Assembly (NCBI GenBank): GCA_016206285.1
Contig: JACQRW010000024.1
Location: 1,376-65,375, forward strand
Direction: 5' to 3'
Source: Candidatus Sungiibacteriota bacterium
GTDB taxonomy: Bacteria; Patescibacteriota; Minisyncoccia; Sungbacterales; HO2-52-23
DNA length: 64,000 nt
The position numbers and the translations under genes are program-made. Every line of letters begins with the position of its first letter. The first letter of the stretch is position 1. This document shows, one piece after another, positions 27,511 through 36,460 of the stretch. The notes below the pieces were generated by a model that had not been told where the DNA came from, did no database searches, and saw only the letters and a list, made by a program, of their open reading frames with translations.

Positions 27511-29273
27511 GAGATTTCTTCCTGATAACACGATTCGCAGTAGACGATTTCAGGACGGTCGGGAGCATAGGACGTTTCAAAATCATTGGAACACGGCTGG
27601 ACTCCATGAAGATGTGCACCCTCATTTTGATATGCTCCATTTTCGCTTTGCGCCCCGGCACACTGGCAGCGACGGAAATAAAACCGAACCGGATTCCGGC
27701 ATTTCATGCGTTCCCGATGACGACACGCGACACAAAGCCGCGGCAAAGGCAGCGACATGTTCTTTAGAAAATCAAATTCCATCTGGATAATCCGATATGC
27801 CCCTCCGCACGAACCGCATCGGATAACCTCCTTTAACAATGAATCTTCGGCATTGCGGATATGATCGGGCAGATCTTTTGCGTCAATAGTAGCTTCATGT
27901 CCCCTTGCTTCGGAATCATGCCAGGAATATCCCCTTTCCAGTGCTTCGTCTTTTTCCCGGGGAAGAAAATCGCCCGCGATCGTCTCGTTGTACGCAAACG
28001 GCGAAAACTCGGATGGGAAAAATTCACCGTAGCGATATATGTTTCCGCGCGCATCGGTATAGGGCATCTCATGCATATGCCGGATGATTTTCTCGCGAAG
28101 CGCGAAGTAATCCTCTTTTGAGTATTGTTTGTTGAAAATACAGTAGGACTTCTTTTTAAGTCCCACGCAGCCAAAAAGATAGCTGGGAGAAGAGTGACAA
28201 TGCACGGAGTATTCCACGTCGTGGGCGGAAGACCAGCAGTTCCAGCTGAATTTTACATTGTGACACGCATTTCCCGTTTGCAACGCCTCGTACATCAACT
28301 CCGATGTCTCGCCCCATAATGTATAGTCGTAGCTGTCCTTTGTCGCACCCAAATATACACCCTGACAATAACGCGAGTCCTCAATTTGCGTCGCATTATA
28401 ACAATACTTGGCATTTTTTCCGTATGAGACAAAATCTCCAGACACGCTGGCATTATGCCAGCCGGACATATATTTATAGGGCAGCGAGCGCCAGTGTTTT
28501 GCGACGCGTTCTTTTACCTCCACGAACGACTGATATGAGCCCTGATCGAAAATTCTTTTCAATTCTTCGCCATATGCTTCCCGGGTATACGGCTTGTTGA
28601 AAATGTGATACTGCTTGTTGCGAAGATTCGCAGATCCGAAACAATCTGAACATCCGACGCAATCCCGCGAGAACCATACGTTATGGCACTGTTCCAGATT
28701 ATGCGAATAAAAAACACGGTTGCAGTCGTATAGAAAAGACCCTTCATAGCACAGTTCATCGCGCATTCCCGTGGTCAGGTCAAAAGTACTTTTTAAATAC
28801 CCGGCATCAATGGCGTATGCCGCGTCTTCGGAGTAGCCGGTACTGAAGCAGAGATAGCAATTTTTAAGATAATAAGCGTTATTTGAATAGTCGGAGTTAA
28901 TGGCATTCGAAATATTTCTGCTTGCCCATGGAACCGCATACATTAACTCTTTGAACTGCTCAAAAAACGGCCGCGAAAAGTCATAATTCCTTCCGTAGTC
29001 CATCGGATCCCATGCATCGGACCACCAGTAATCTTTCTCATAGATTTTTATCGGCACATGCGGCGAAACCCAAGAAAATATCTCTTTTCCGGAAATATCA
29101 TCCCTTTTCCTGTACAAAACGCGCTCATTGCGAAACAAACACCGACGAATAAGTCTGCACTCCGGACAAAACGTAGGCGGCGGCACGTTTATCTTCTCGT
29201 AAAACACAAAGTCCTCCGGTTCGATAGTGAACGGCCTTTTGCAGTTTTGGCAGATGCGGGTTTCGGGGTTCAT
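27507..29273 (-). CDS. Cys-rich zinc-ribbon repeat protein, paralog I (first gene of the I-H sub-operon)
   Basis: 588 aa starting MNPETRICQNCKRPFTIEPEDFVFYEKINVPPPTFCPECR and ending ...YCESCYQEEIS. Same subfamily as paralog B. Confidence 0.8.
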   Translation of the reverse strand: MNPETRICQNCKRPFTIEPEDFVFYEKINVPPPTFCPECRLIRRCLFRNERVLYRKRDDISGKEIFSWVSPHVPIKIYEKDYWWSDAWDPMDYGRNYDFSRPFFEQFKELMYAVPWASRNISNAINSDYSNNAYYLKNCYLCFSTGYSEDAAYAIDAGYLKSTFDLTTGMRDELCYEGSFLYDCNRVFYSHNLEQCHNVWFSRDCVGCSDCFGSANLRNKQYHIFNKPYTREAYGEELKRIFDQGSYQSFVEVKERVAKHWRSLPYKYMSGWHNASVSGDFVSYGKNAKYCYNATQIEDSRYCQGVYLGATKDSYDYTLWGETSELMYEALQTGNACHNVKFSWNCWSSAHDVEYSVHCHSSPSYLFGCVGLKKKSYCIFNKQYSKEDYFALREKIIRHMHEMPYTDARGNIYRYGEFFPSEFSPFAYNETIAGDFLPREKDEALERGYSWHDSEARGHEATIDAKDLPDHIRNAEDSLLKEVIRCGSCGGAYRIIQMEFDFLKNMSLPLPRLCVACRHRERMKCRNPVRFYFRRCQCAGAQSENGAYQNEGAHLHGVQPCSNDFETSYAPDRPEIVYCESCYQEEIS

Positions 29274-29353
29274 ATAAAAATCAGATGGTTATTCACGTTA
29301 TTTACTATTGACATTCTTTACGCTTTTTGCTAACCTGTAGTTATTACGACGAA

Positions 29354-29395
29354 AAGGGGCCCGAACGGTTAACTACCTAAGGCCCCCTTTTCTTT
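29354..29395 (-). terminator. Intrinsic terminator of the NYN-domain gene; the stop codon and last six codons lie inside the hairpin
   Basis: Plus strand GGGGCC-(19 nt loop)-GGCCCC followed by CTTTTCTTTT. On the minus strand the stem is followed by UUUU. Separates the NYN gene from the paralog array. Confidence 0.5.
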
Positions 29396-29909
29396 TGGCT
29401 ATTTTTTCTTTCACGCCGTTTCTGTCAAGGCCGTCAAAATATTTTCTCGTTATCTTCTTATACAACGAAGACGCTCTCTTAAAATCTGGAAATAAAATTT
29501 TCTCAAATCTTTTCTCTTCAATCAAGAACTCAACGAGCAGTTTATAGTCACCGTCTCCGGACACTAACACAACCTTATCAAAATTCTCTTTTCGATACAG
29601 TATTTTCATCACCGAGAAAACAATATCAGTGTCTACATTTCCCTTCTTGACGCCAAGCATCGCCGGATTATGTTCCCTAAATTTCAAAATGAACCCCGCT
29701 TCCTGTATTTCATCATAGAGGTCTTGATAATCCTCCTGTACGAAACCAAGAAAATAGTACGCTTTTTCTACTCCATACTTCTGCCGCAAATACACCCGAA
29801 ACCTCGTCAAATCAATACGCCACGGTTTGTCAGCCGTTGTGATGCTCATATACAAATTCTGCCCATCAACAAAAGCAATATTGTTTTGTTGTTTATCGCC
29901 CTTTGTCAT
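29373..29909 (-). CDS. NYN-domain (LabA/PIN-like) putative ribonuclease
   Basis: IAFVDGQNL, VDTDIVFSVM and VVLVSGDGDY are the acidic motifs of NYN/PIN-like nucleases. Confidence 0.7.
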   Translation of the reverse strand: MTKGDKQQNNIAFVDGQNLYMSITTADKPWRIDLTRFRVYLRQKYGVEKAYYFLGFVQEDYQDLYDEIQEAGFILKFREHNPAMLGVKKGNVDTDIVFSVMKILYRKENFDKVVLVSGDGDYKLLVEFLIEEKRFEKILFPDFKRASSLYKKITRKYFDGLDRNGVKEKIAKRKGGLR

Positions 29910-29919
29910 ATTTTAAAAA

Positions 29920-31407
29920 CTACCCCAACAGTTTCTTCATGATTTCTTGCACCAATGCAGGATTGGCTTTGCCGCGGGTTTCTTTCATGACCTGGCCGAC
30001 GAGGAATTGGAGCACCGTAGTTTTGCCGGAGCGGTAGTCGGCAGCAACTTGAGGGTTTTCGGCAATGATGTGTGCCACAATATTTTCAAGATCGCCGGCA
30101 TCAGACATCTGCCAGAGTCCTTTTTCGTTGATGAATTCGGATGGGTCCGCGCCGGTGCGAAATGATTCTTCGAAGACCTCTTTTGCATTGGTGTTTGAGA
30201 TTTTGTTTTCCGATACCAAAACAACGATCTCGGCAAAATTTTCCGGTGTCAACAGTACTTCACTCACCGGAACCATCGTCTCTTTGAGCAAGCGCATAAA
30301 ATCTCCTACCATGAATGCACCAATGGTTTTGATAAGACTCTTTTTTGGCGCATCAGGAGTTTCTTTATCATGTTGCATTGCCTCGCTTACCACCGCCTCA
30401 AAATAATCACCAATTGCTTTTTCGCGTACGATGATTTGGGCATGATCTCCTTCAATGCCGTACTCTTTCATAAACCGCTCTTGTTTTGCGGCAGGCAACT
30501 CCGGCAAGTGGATGCGAATTTCTTCAACATACGCGGCGGACAAACGCAGCGGCGGCAGATCCGGCTCCGGAAAATACCGGTAGTCGTGCGCTTCTTCCTT
30601 GGAGCGCTGGGAAACGGAAATGCCTTTGTGTTCATTCCACCCGCGGGTTTCCTGTGCGATCTTCTCTCCCCTCTCCAACAGCTCGACTTGCCGCTTCATC
30701 TCGTATGCAGCGGCATCGGCGGCATATTTGAATGAGTTGATGTTTTTCACCTCCACCTTGGTGCCAAATTCTTTCTGCCCCACCGGCCGCATGGAGATAT
30801 TTACCTCCACGCGCATCTGTCCCTTTTCCATATTGGCATCTGATGCGCCCACATAACGTACGATCTGCTGCAATGCCTCGCCAAACTGCCGTACCTCCTC
30901 GCCTGTGCGGAAATCCGGCTCGGTCACCAGCTCCATAAGCGGCACGCCCGCACGATTGAAATCCACCAATGATGTTTTTCCGTCCTTGTCATGGCTAAGC
31001 CGCCCCGTATCTTCTTCCAGATGAATTCTGGTGACTCTGATTTTCTTTTTCTCTTGCTCTTTGTTATGTGTTCCTTGCGTCGTGATCTCCAAATACCCTC
31101 CGCTCACGATCGGATACTTATACTGTGAAATTTGATAGCCTTTCGGCAGATCGGGATAAAAATAATTTTTCCGGTCAAATTGGGAAAACTCCCCGATGGT
31201 TCCGTTGATTGCCAGACCCATGGCAATAACTTTCTTGACTGCATCCTCGTTGATAAACGGCAGCGTACCCGGATGTCCCATGCAGATGGGGCAGATATTG
31301 GTATTGGGGTGCTGCTCGTCCGGGTCATTGAGCGAGTAGCAGAACATTTTGGTCTTGGTATTGAGCTCGGCATGGATCTCCAAGCCGATTACAGCTTCGT
31401 ATTGCAT
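29920..31407 (-). CDS. gatB: Aspartyl/glutamyl-tRNA(Asn/Gln) amidotransferase subunit B
   Basis: N-terminus EAVIGLEIHAELNTKTKMFC...CPICMGHPGTLP; full-length 495 aa with the C-terminal YqeY-like tail. Confidence 0.9.
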   Translation of the reverse strand: MQYEAVIGLEIHAELNTKTKMFCYSLNDPDEQHPNTNICPICMGHPGTLPFINEDAVKKVIAMGLAINGTIGEFSQFDRKNYFYPDLPKGYQISQYKYPIVSGGYLEITTQGTHNKEQEKKKIRVTRIHLEEDTGRLSHDKDGKTSLVDFNRAGVPLMELVTEPDFRTGEEVRQFGEALQQIVRYVGASDANMEKGQMRVEVNISMRPVGQKEFGTKVEVKNINSFKYAADAAAYEMKRQVELLERGEKIAQETRGWNEHKGISVSQRSKEEAHDYRYFPEPDLPPLRLSAAYVEEIRIHLPELPAAKQERFMKEYGIEGDHAQIIVREKAIGDYFEAVVSEAMQHDKETPDAPKKSLIKTIGAFMVGDFMRLLKETMVPVSEVLLTPENFAEIVVLVSENKISNTNAKEVFEESFRTGADPSEFINEKGLWQMSDAGDLENIVAHIIAENPQVAADYRSGKTTVLQFLVGQVMKETRGKANPALVQEIMKKLLG

Positions 31408-31514
31408 ATATCAAAGAATAGCACAAAATCAGGACAAGCAAAAATTGACTGAATCGGCAGGATATGTCATGTATAAAGACAATCTGGCCTTTTAAAAATG
31501 AAAAGGAGCATAAA

Positions 31515-32807
31515 ATGGAACGAATCCGCGTATACGCGATTGGCATGGGAGCAGTAACGCCTGTAGGAAATTCAGTTCCGATTATGTGGAATAATCTTCT
31601 CAATGGAGCCAGTGGAATCGGGTATAACACATTTAGTTCATACCGGCGCGTGACTCAAGATGAATATGACAATCCGACAGAAGACCTCTATTTCCAAAAC
31701 AGCATTGCCGCAGAAGTAAAGGACTTTGATCCGGAACAATGGATAGATAAAAAAGACATACGGCGCTTTGATCCATTTGCTCAATTTGCCATTGCCGCAG
31801 CGGACGAGGCAGTACAACAAGCAGGATTATTGGAAATTACCAATGGAAACAGAAATCGCTGGGGAGTCTTTATCGGAAGCGGCAACGGAGGACAAGCCAC
31901 GAATGAATATTATCACGACCTTATGCGTGCAAAAGGAGCGCGTTCTGTAAGTTCTTTTATGGTGCCGGGTATTATGCTCAACGCCGCAACTGCCGCTGTT
32001 GCACGAATCTACGGTTGCCAAGGAGACAGTGCAACACTGACATCGGCATGCGCAACAGGAGTTGATGTATTGGGACTGGCACTGGAAAGAATACGTCGGG
32101 GAAAAGTGGAGGTTGCCATAGCCGGCGCAAGCGATGCGGTTATCACCCCTCTGACTGTTGCAGGATTTGCCAATATGAAGGCGCTCTTGAAAACATATGA
32201 TGGCAACCCCAAAGAAAGCTCGCGGCCGTTTGACCGCGATCGCAAAGGTTTTGTCATGGGCGAAGGCGCGGGTATTATGGTGCTTGCATCGGAAAAATTT
32301 ATAGAAATACACCACCTCACTCCGTTGGCTGAAATCGCCGGATACGGCTGCGCACAGGACGCATATCATCTTACCGCTCCGGACCCGGACGGAACGTACG
32401 CGGCAAAAGCTATCCGCAATGCCCTTAATGATGCCGGCATCATACCGGACCAAATCGGCTATATCAACGCCCACGGAACCGGAACACCATTGAACGACAA
32501 AATGGAAACTATTGCTCTGAAACTTGCTCTTGGCAGAAGCATTGCAAGAGATATTCCCACCAGCTCGACGAAATCTATGATCGGCCACTTGATCGGCGCA
32601 GCCGGAGCGGTTGAAACAATCATTACCGCACTGACCCTTATATACGGGAAAGCCCATCCTACGCTCAATCTTGATAATGTAGGTCCCGAATGCGCGGGGC
32701 TTGACCATATCATCGATAGACCCCGTATGATACATACGGATTATGCTCTTAAAGACGCTTTTGGATTCGGCGGTACCAACTCCGCATTGATATTAAAACG
32801 AGTATAA
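31515..32807 (+). CDS. fabF: Beta-ketoacyl-ACP synthase I/II-like condensing enzyme (KAS). Start trimmed to MERIRVYAIGMG, preceded by the SD AAAGGAG.
   Basis: Active-site Cys in ATLTSACATGVD, catalytic His in INAHGTGTPLNDK and GHLIGAAGAVE, thiolase-fold length. Confidence 0.8.
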   Translation: MERIRVYAIGMGAVTPVGNSVPIMWNNLLNGASGIGYNTFSSYRRVTQDEYDNPTEDLYFQNSIAAEVKDFDPEQWIDKKDIRRFDPFAQFAIAAADEAVQQAGLLEITNGNRNRWGVFIGSGNGGQATNEYYHDLMRAKGARSVSSFMVPGIMLNAATAAVARIYGCQGDSATLTSACATGVDVLGLALERIRRGKVEVAIAGASDAVITPLTVAGFANMKALLKTYDGNPKESSRPFDRDRKGFVMGEGAGIMVLASEKFIEIHHLTPLAEIAGYGCAQDAYHLTAPDPDGTYAAKAIRNALNDAGIIPDQIGYINAHGTGTPLNDKMETIALKLALGRSIARDIPTSSTKSMIGHLIGAAGAVETIITALTLIYGKAHPTLNLDNVGPECAGLDHIIDRPRMIHTDYALKDAFGFGGTNSALILKRV

Positions 32808-32834
32808 AGAATGCGCACGCCGCATTCTTTTTTC
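32808..32834 (+). terminator. Rho-independent terminator after the KAS gene
   Basis: AGAATGCG-cacgc-CGCATTCT followed by TTTTT. Confidence 0.65.
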
Positions 32835-32916
32835 ATTGCTCTGAAATAAGATTGGGGAATTCGGTTTTTTATAGTATAATTTATCTATTGTACTTTTTAT
32901 AAAAAGGAGGAGCAGC

Positions 32917-33228
32917 ATGAGACAAATTCTTTATTTGATACTTGCTCTTTTGATTATGGCGGCAATTGGTATCTTGATACCATTTCGCGCATATGGCGAG
33001 AATTTCGCCGATCTCAACATAACTGAATTTCAAGGCGGAATAATCAAATTTTCAGATTCCGCCAAACACCAAGGCGCAAAAAGACAGCCCAAGCACGGAA
33101 AAACCCGCAAAGATCAAACAAAGATCAATCCTCCGCAATCTCCACTATTGAGGTTGGAACAAACACCGGCGCCAAAACCAAAATTCTCTCCATTTCTTCG
33201 GCCGCTTCATCCGATCAGGCGCGCATAA
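32917..33228 (+). CDS. Small membrane-anchored basic protein, hypothetical
   Basis: SD AAAAGGAGG 7 nt upstream; N-terminal TM helix, then a K/R/P-rich tail. Confidence 0.5.
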   Translation: MRQILYLILALLIMAAIGILIPFRAYGENFADLNITEFQGGIIKFSDSAKHQGAKRQPKHGKTRKDQTKINPPQSPLLRLEQTPAPKPKFSPFLRPLHPIRRA

Positions 33229-33317
33229 CTTCTGCAGGCACATAGAGTGCTTGCAATTTTTTTATTCCAAACCGGATTGCATTTTCCGGTATTTTTGGTA
33301 CGATACTCGGAGACATT

Positions 33318-33389
33318 GGTCCCATCGTCTATCGGTTAGGACATCACGCTTTCAATGTGAGAAGCCGGGTTCGACTCCCGGTGGGACCG
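33318..33389 (+). tRNA. tRNA-Glu (anticodon UUC)
   Basis: Acceptor GGUCCCA/UGGGACC, anticodon loop CUUUCAA, T-arm CCGGG-UUCGACU-CCCGG, 72 nt. Confidence 0.85.
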
Positions 33390-33434
33390 TCCTTCGCTCA
33401 AGCTTCGAATGGCGAAGCCGCAAAAATTTCATCC

Positions 33435-33508
33435 GCGCCCGTAGCTCAGTGGTAGAGCGTTCCCTTGACATGGGAAAGGCCCGAAGTCCGATCCTTCGCG
33501 GGCGCACC
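33435..33508 (+). tRNA. tRNA-Val (anticodon GAC), CC of the CCA end encoded
   Basis: Acceptor GCGCCCG/CGGGCGC, D-arm GCUC-AGUGGUA-GAGC, anticodon loop UUGACAU, T-arm CGAAG-UCCGAUC-CUUCG. Confidence 0.85.
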
Positions 33509-33582
33509 TCTTGCTTTTTCTACGCCATATATGATACATACAAATAAAGTATGGATTTTTGACATTAAAAAGGAGAAAAAGG

Positions 33583-33876
33583 ATGGCAACTCGCAAAGAT
33601 ATCAATGCCGTCGCACAAAAATTGAATATCATGGTTGACGGCAAGACCGATGCAACAGCCGCACAATTGATTCTTGACTATCAGACCAATGACCGCTCGC
33701 GAGAGATTCAGAAATTATTTTCTCAACATCATCTTACTGTGGCTATACTTCAAGTAATCGCAACTTCGGACAACCACACCACGGTGACTCATAATCCGAT
33801 AGACCGTGGCAACGGCAAAAAGAAAAACGGAAAACATCTGAGCAGAGATCGTGGCTCAAGAATGGCCCGGCGATGA
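33583..33876 (+). CDS. Hypothetical small basic protein
   Basis: SD AAAGGAGAAAAAGG before the ATG at 33583; 97 aa; no recognisable family. Confidence 0.4.
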   Translation: MATRKDINAVAQKLNIMVDGKTDATAAQLILDYQTNDRSREIQKLFSQHHLTVAILQVIATSDNHTTVTHNPIDRGNGKKKNGKHLSRDRGSRMARR

Positions 33877-34158
33877 AACATTTTTTTGAAGGCACAAGGG
33901 CATACCAGCTTTCCATCGTCGTTCTCATGCTGTACCAAAATAGGGCGATACTGATCGACAAGCCTTTCCCAGAAACGAAAAAACGGATTGCCTCCAAACC
34001 CCTATCCAGTAGGACATATCGGCATATTGCGCACGGACGCATGAGCTCGTGGAAACGATAGCCATCCTATTTTCTTTCTGTATACGCGGCCAGACGTGAT
34101 CTGGACGCGTTTTCTTTTTGCATCGCGAGTAAAATATGCTATATTTGAAACAATATAT

Positions 34159-34938
34159 ATGCCAACGTACCATACAATTGAGGATGAGTGGCTGGCGTTT
34201 CTTACCGGAGAACATAAAGAACTCAAACGCGGAAGAAAAATATTCCGACTGATCCCCTCCCACCCGCGGTGCAAATGGTGCAGCGCGCCATTTGGCATAC
34301 CCGGGAAATTCATCTCGCAATTACTCGGTAAGCGGCCGGAGCGCAAGAACCCGAATTTTTGCAATGCGTGCTTTTCCACGCTTAAGATTGGCGGCGCGGA
34401 GATTGAGCTGTCGTTTTTGTTCGCAGATGTGCGCGGATCCACCGCCCTTGCCGAGCGCATTGGCCCTGCGGCGTTTCGTAATTTATTGAACAGATTTTAT
34501 GGGATCGCGGTAGATGTCCTGCTTGCGCAGGATGCTTTGGTGGACAAATTTGTGGGAGATGAGGTGATCGGCCTTTTTATACCGGCGCTTTCGGGCAAAG
34601 ACCATGCCAACCGCGCAATCGAGGCAGCGCAAGAGCTGCTCCGCCGCACAGGCCATGGCGCGGGCAAAGAACCATGGCTTCCCATCGGCGCGGGCGTGCA
34701 TACCGGCATTGCTTTTGTCGGAGCAGTGGGCGATGAAAATGGCGTGCGCGATCTAACCGCGCTCGGCGACCCGGTCAACACAGCCGCACGTCTGGCATCA
34801 GTTGCGGCTGCCGGAGAGATTTTGGTAAGCGATACCGCACTGTCACAGGCAGGCATTGACGCGGGTGACAGAGAACAACGCAATCTCGCTCTCAAAGGCA
34901 AGAGTGAGACTGTTGCCGTACATGTATTGACCGTATGA
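34159..34938 (+). CDS. Class III adenylate/guanylate cyclase with N-terminal Cys4 zinc-ribbon (start trimmed to MPTYHTIEDEW)
   Basis: CKWC...CNAC ribbon followed by the cyclase homology domain ELSFLFADVRGSTALAE...KFVGDEVIGLF...GIAFVGAVGDENG...GDPVNTAARL. Confidence 0.7.
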   Translation: MPTYHTIEDEWLAFLTGEHKELKRGRKIFRLIPSHPRCKWCSAPFGIPGKFISQLLGKRPERKNPNFCNACFSTLKIGGAEIELSFLFADVRGSTALAERIGPAAFRNLLNRFYGIAVDVLLAQDALVDKFVGDEVIGLFIPALSGKDHANRAIEAAQELLRRTGHGAGKEPWLPIGAGVHTGIAFVGAVGDENGVRDLTALGDPVNTAARLASVAAAGEILVSDTALSQAGIDAGDREQRNLALKGKSETVAVHVLTV

Positions 34939-34969
34939 CCGCAAAAACCTATACTGCATAAGGTTCTGA

Positions 34970-35044
34970 GGGCGCTTAGCTCAGTGGTAGAGCGTCTCGT
35001 TTACACCGAGAAGGCCCAAGGTTCGATCCCTTGAGCGCCCACCA
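34970..35044 (+). tRNA. tRNA-Val (anticodon UAC), CCA encoded
   Basis: Acceptor GGGCGCU/AGCGCCC, anticodon stem UCUCG/CGAGA with loop UUUACAC, T-arm CAAGG-UUCGAUC-CCUUG. Confidence 0.85.
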
Positions 35045-35066
35045 TTCGATTAACTCATGACAGGCC

Positions 35067-36308
35067 ATGGATTCCTATCAGTATCTTATTATCGGTGGAG
35101 GCATTGCCGGGGTGACGGCTGCGGAGACCATCCGCGAGCAAAATCCGGATGCGACTATCGGCATTGTCACGCACGAGCCGTATCCGCTATACTCGCGCGT
35201 GCTGCTGCCGACATACCTGAAACGGAAAATCCCGCGGGAAAAATTGTTTCTGCGCACCATTGACGATTTTATCGAATCACGCATCGAATTGCGCCTGCAG
35301 GAAACCGTAACGTCCGTAGACGAAAAGCGCCGCGAAGTCACCCTGCACAACGGCGCAACCCTCGGGTACCAAAAACTTCTGCTCGCAAGCGGCGGACGCG
35401 CCAGGCCATGGGGCAAGCCAGAAGACGAATCGATAATCTACCGGCTGCAGACTATTGACGACGCAGACCGGCTGTTTAGCGCCCTCGCCGATGTCAGGAA
35501 CCCTCTGGTGATCGGCTCATCATTTATCTCGCTTGAATTTTTGGAGATTTTCCTTATCAATAACATAGCGCCCGCACTGCTCATGCGCGACGAGTACTTT
35601 TTTATGCCGTACCTTGAGGAGACCGGCGGCGAACTGATGCGAGCTCATTTTCAGCGGCACCATATTACCCTCTATGAACACGACGAGATTGCAAAAATAC
35701 AACATAACCAACACGGCCTTACCATTTTGACCAAGAAACAGCAGCTCATACCGTGCGATGCGCTTGCGGTCGGCATCGGCATTGAGCGAAATCTCGAATT
35801 TGCGCGTGCTGCAAATATATTGCGCGGCGATACCGGCATACGCGTCAACGAGTTTTTTGAAACCAATCAGGAAAATATCTATGCAGCCGGAGACATTGCC
35901 GAAATGATGAACCCGGCCACCGGAAACTGGCACGCAACCGGCAACTGGACCAGCGCCTTTTTGCAGGGCAAGCATGCCGGACTGAACATGGCCGGAGCGC
36001 GAAAACCTTTCGCTGACATTCCATCCTACTCTATTACTAATCTTGGCCTTCAGATCACCATGATCGGAGACTGTCTCCCTATGGGCGATCCTCCGACTGC
36101 CGACGCTATCGTCCGCATCAATCCTGATACCAATGAATACGAACGGCTTTTTCTTGCGGACGGAGCACTCAAAGGAGCGGTGCTCATCAACCGATTCAAA
36201 GACCGGGCGCATATCACGCAATTGATCAAATCACAACAAAAACTTGATGCGTACCGGGACAAACTGGCATCGTTTCAGTTTGACATAACGTCAATTCCAA
36301 TGGTATAA
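35067..36308 (+). CDS. FAD-dependent pyridine nucleotide-disulfide family oxidoreductase (NADH oxidase/rubredoxin reductase-like)
   Basis: N-terminal Rossmann motif IIGGGIAG, second dinucleotide-binding region VIGSSFISLE, conserved AAGD motif near the C-terminus. Confidence 0.7.
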   Translation: MDSYQYLIIGGGIAGVTAAETIREQNPDATIGIVTHEPYPLYSRVLLPTYLKRKIPREKLFLRTIDDFIESRIELRLQETVTSVDEKRREVTLHNGATLGYQKLLLASGGRARPWGKPEDESIIYRLQTIDDADRLFSALADVRNPLVIGSSFISLEFLEIFLINNIAPALLMRDEYFFMPYLEETGGELMRAHFQRHHITLYEHDEIAKIQHNQHGLTILTKKQQLIPCDALAVGIGIERNLEFARAANILRGDTGIRVNEFFETNQENIYAAGDIAEMMNPATGNWHATGNWTSAFLQGKHAGLNMAGARKPFADIPSYSITNLGLQITMIGDCLPMGDPPTADAIVRINPDTNEYERLFLADGALKGAVLINRFKDRAHITQLIKSQQKLDAYRDKLASFQFDITSIPMV

Positions 36309-36339
36309 TTTTCAGTAATAAGGAGATCAATTATTTTTT

Positions 36340-36448
36340 GTCATTCCCGCGAAAGCGGGAATCCAGGAGGTATGGTTCCCCGCTTTCGCCTGCCTGCCGG
36401 TAGGCATGGCGAGGACAAGCCTGGATTCCCGATCAAGTCGGGAATGAC
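36340..36448. repeat. 109-bp palindromic intergenic element. Two inverted 28-bp units (GTCATTCCCG-N7/8-CGGGAATCCAGG), each itself a hairpin, flank a 52-bp core carrying AGGAGG and a 26-codon mini-ORF.
   Basis: Unit 1 36340-36367; unit 2 36420-36448 is its reverse complement except for the loop. SD AGGAGG at 36365-36370, then ATG at 36372; the ORF ends TAG at 36450-36452. Confidence 0.55.
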
Positions 36449-36460
36449 ATAGGCATTACT

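Noticed and set aside
11660-29273. Regularly spaced repeated units, considered as a possible CRISPR or other non-coding repeat array
   Set aside because: The repeat units are 1.7-kb protein-coding paralogs at 40-65% identity, not short identical direct repeats with unique spacers.
13211-29333. Plus-strand ORFs of 60-165 aa repeated inside every paralog. Examples are 13211-13399, 14971-15465, 16928-17389, 18889-19191, 22416-22643, 23972-24388, 27262-27525 and 29058-29333, all with a conserved ...RTPRRRRHLDLLVKRKILRLDGER... motif. A second set carries ...YSSCVYCLLKIQYDFFRNPTQPKRL....
   Set aside because: They are the antisense reading of the two most conserved nucleotide blocks of the paralog family (the N-terminal zinc-ribbon block and the LRNKQYCIFNKQYSKEEY block). 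Their conservation is inherited from the sense strand, and they have no starts with SDs or independent support.
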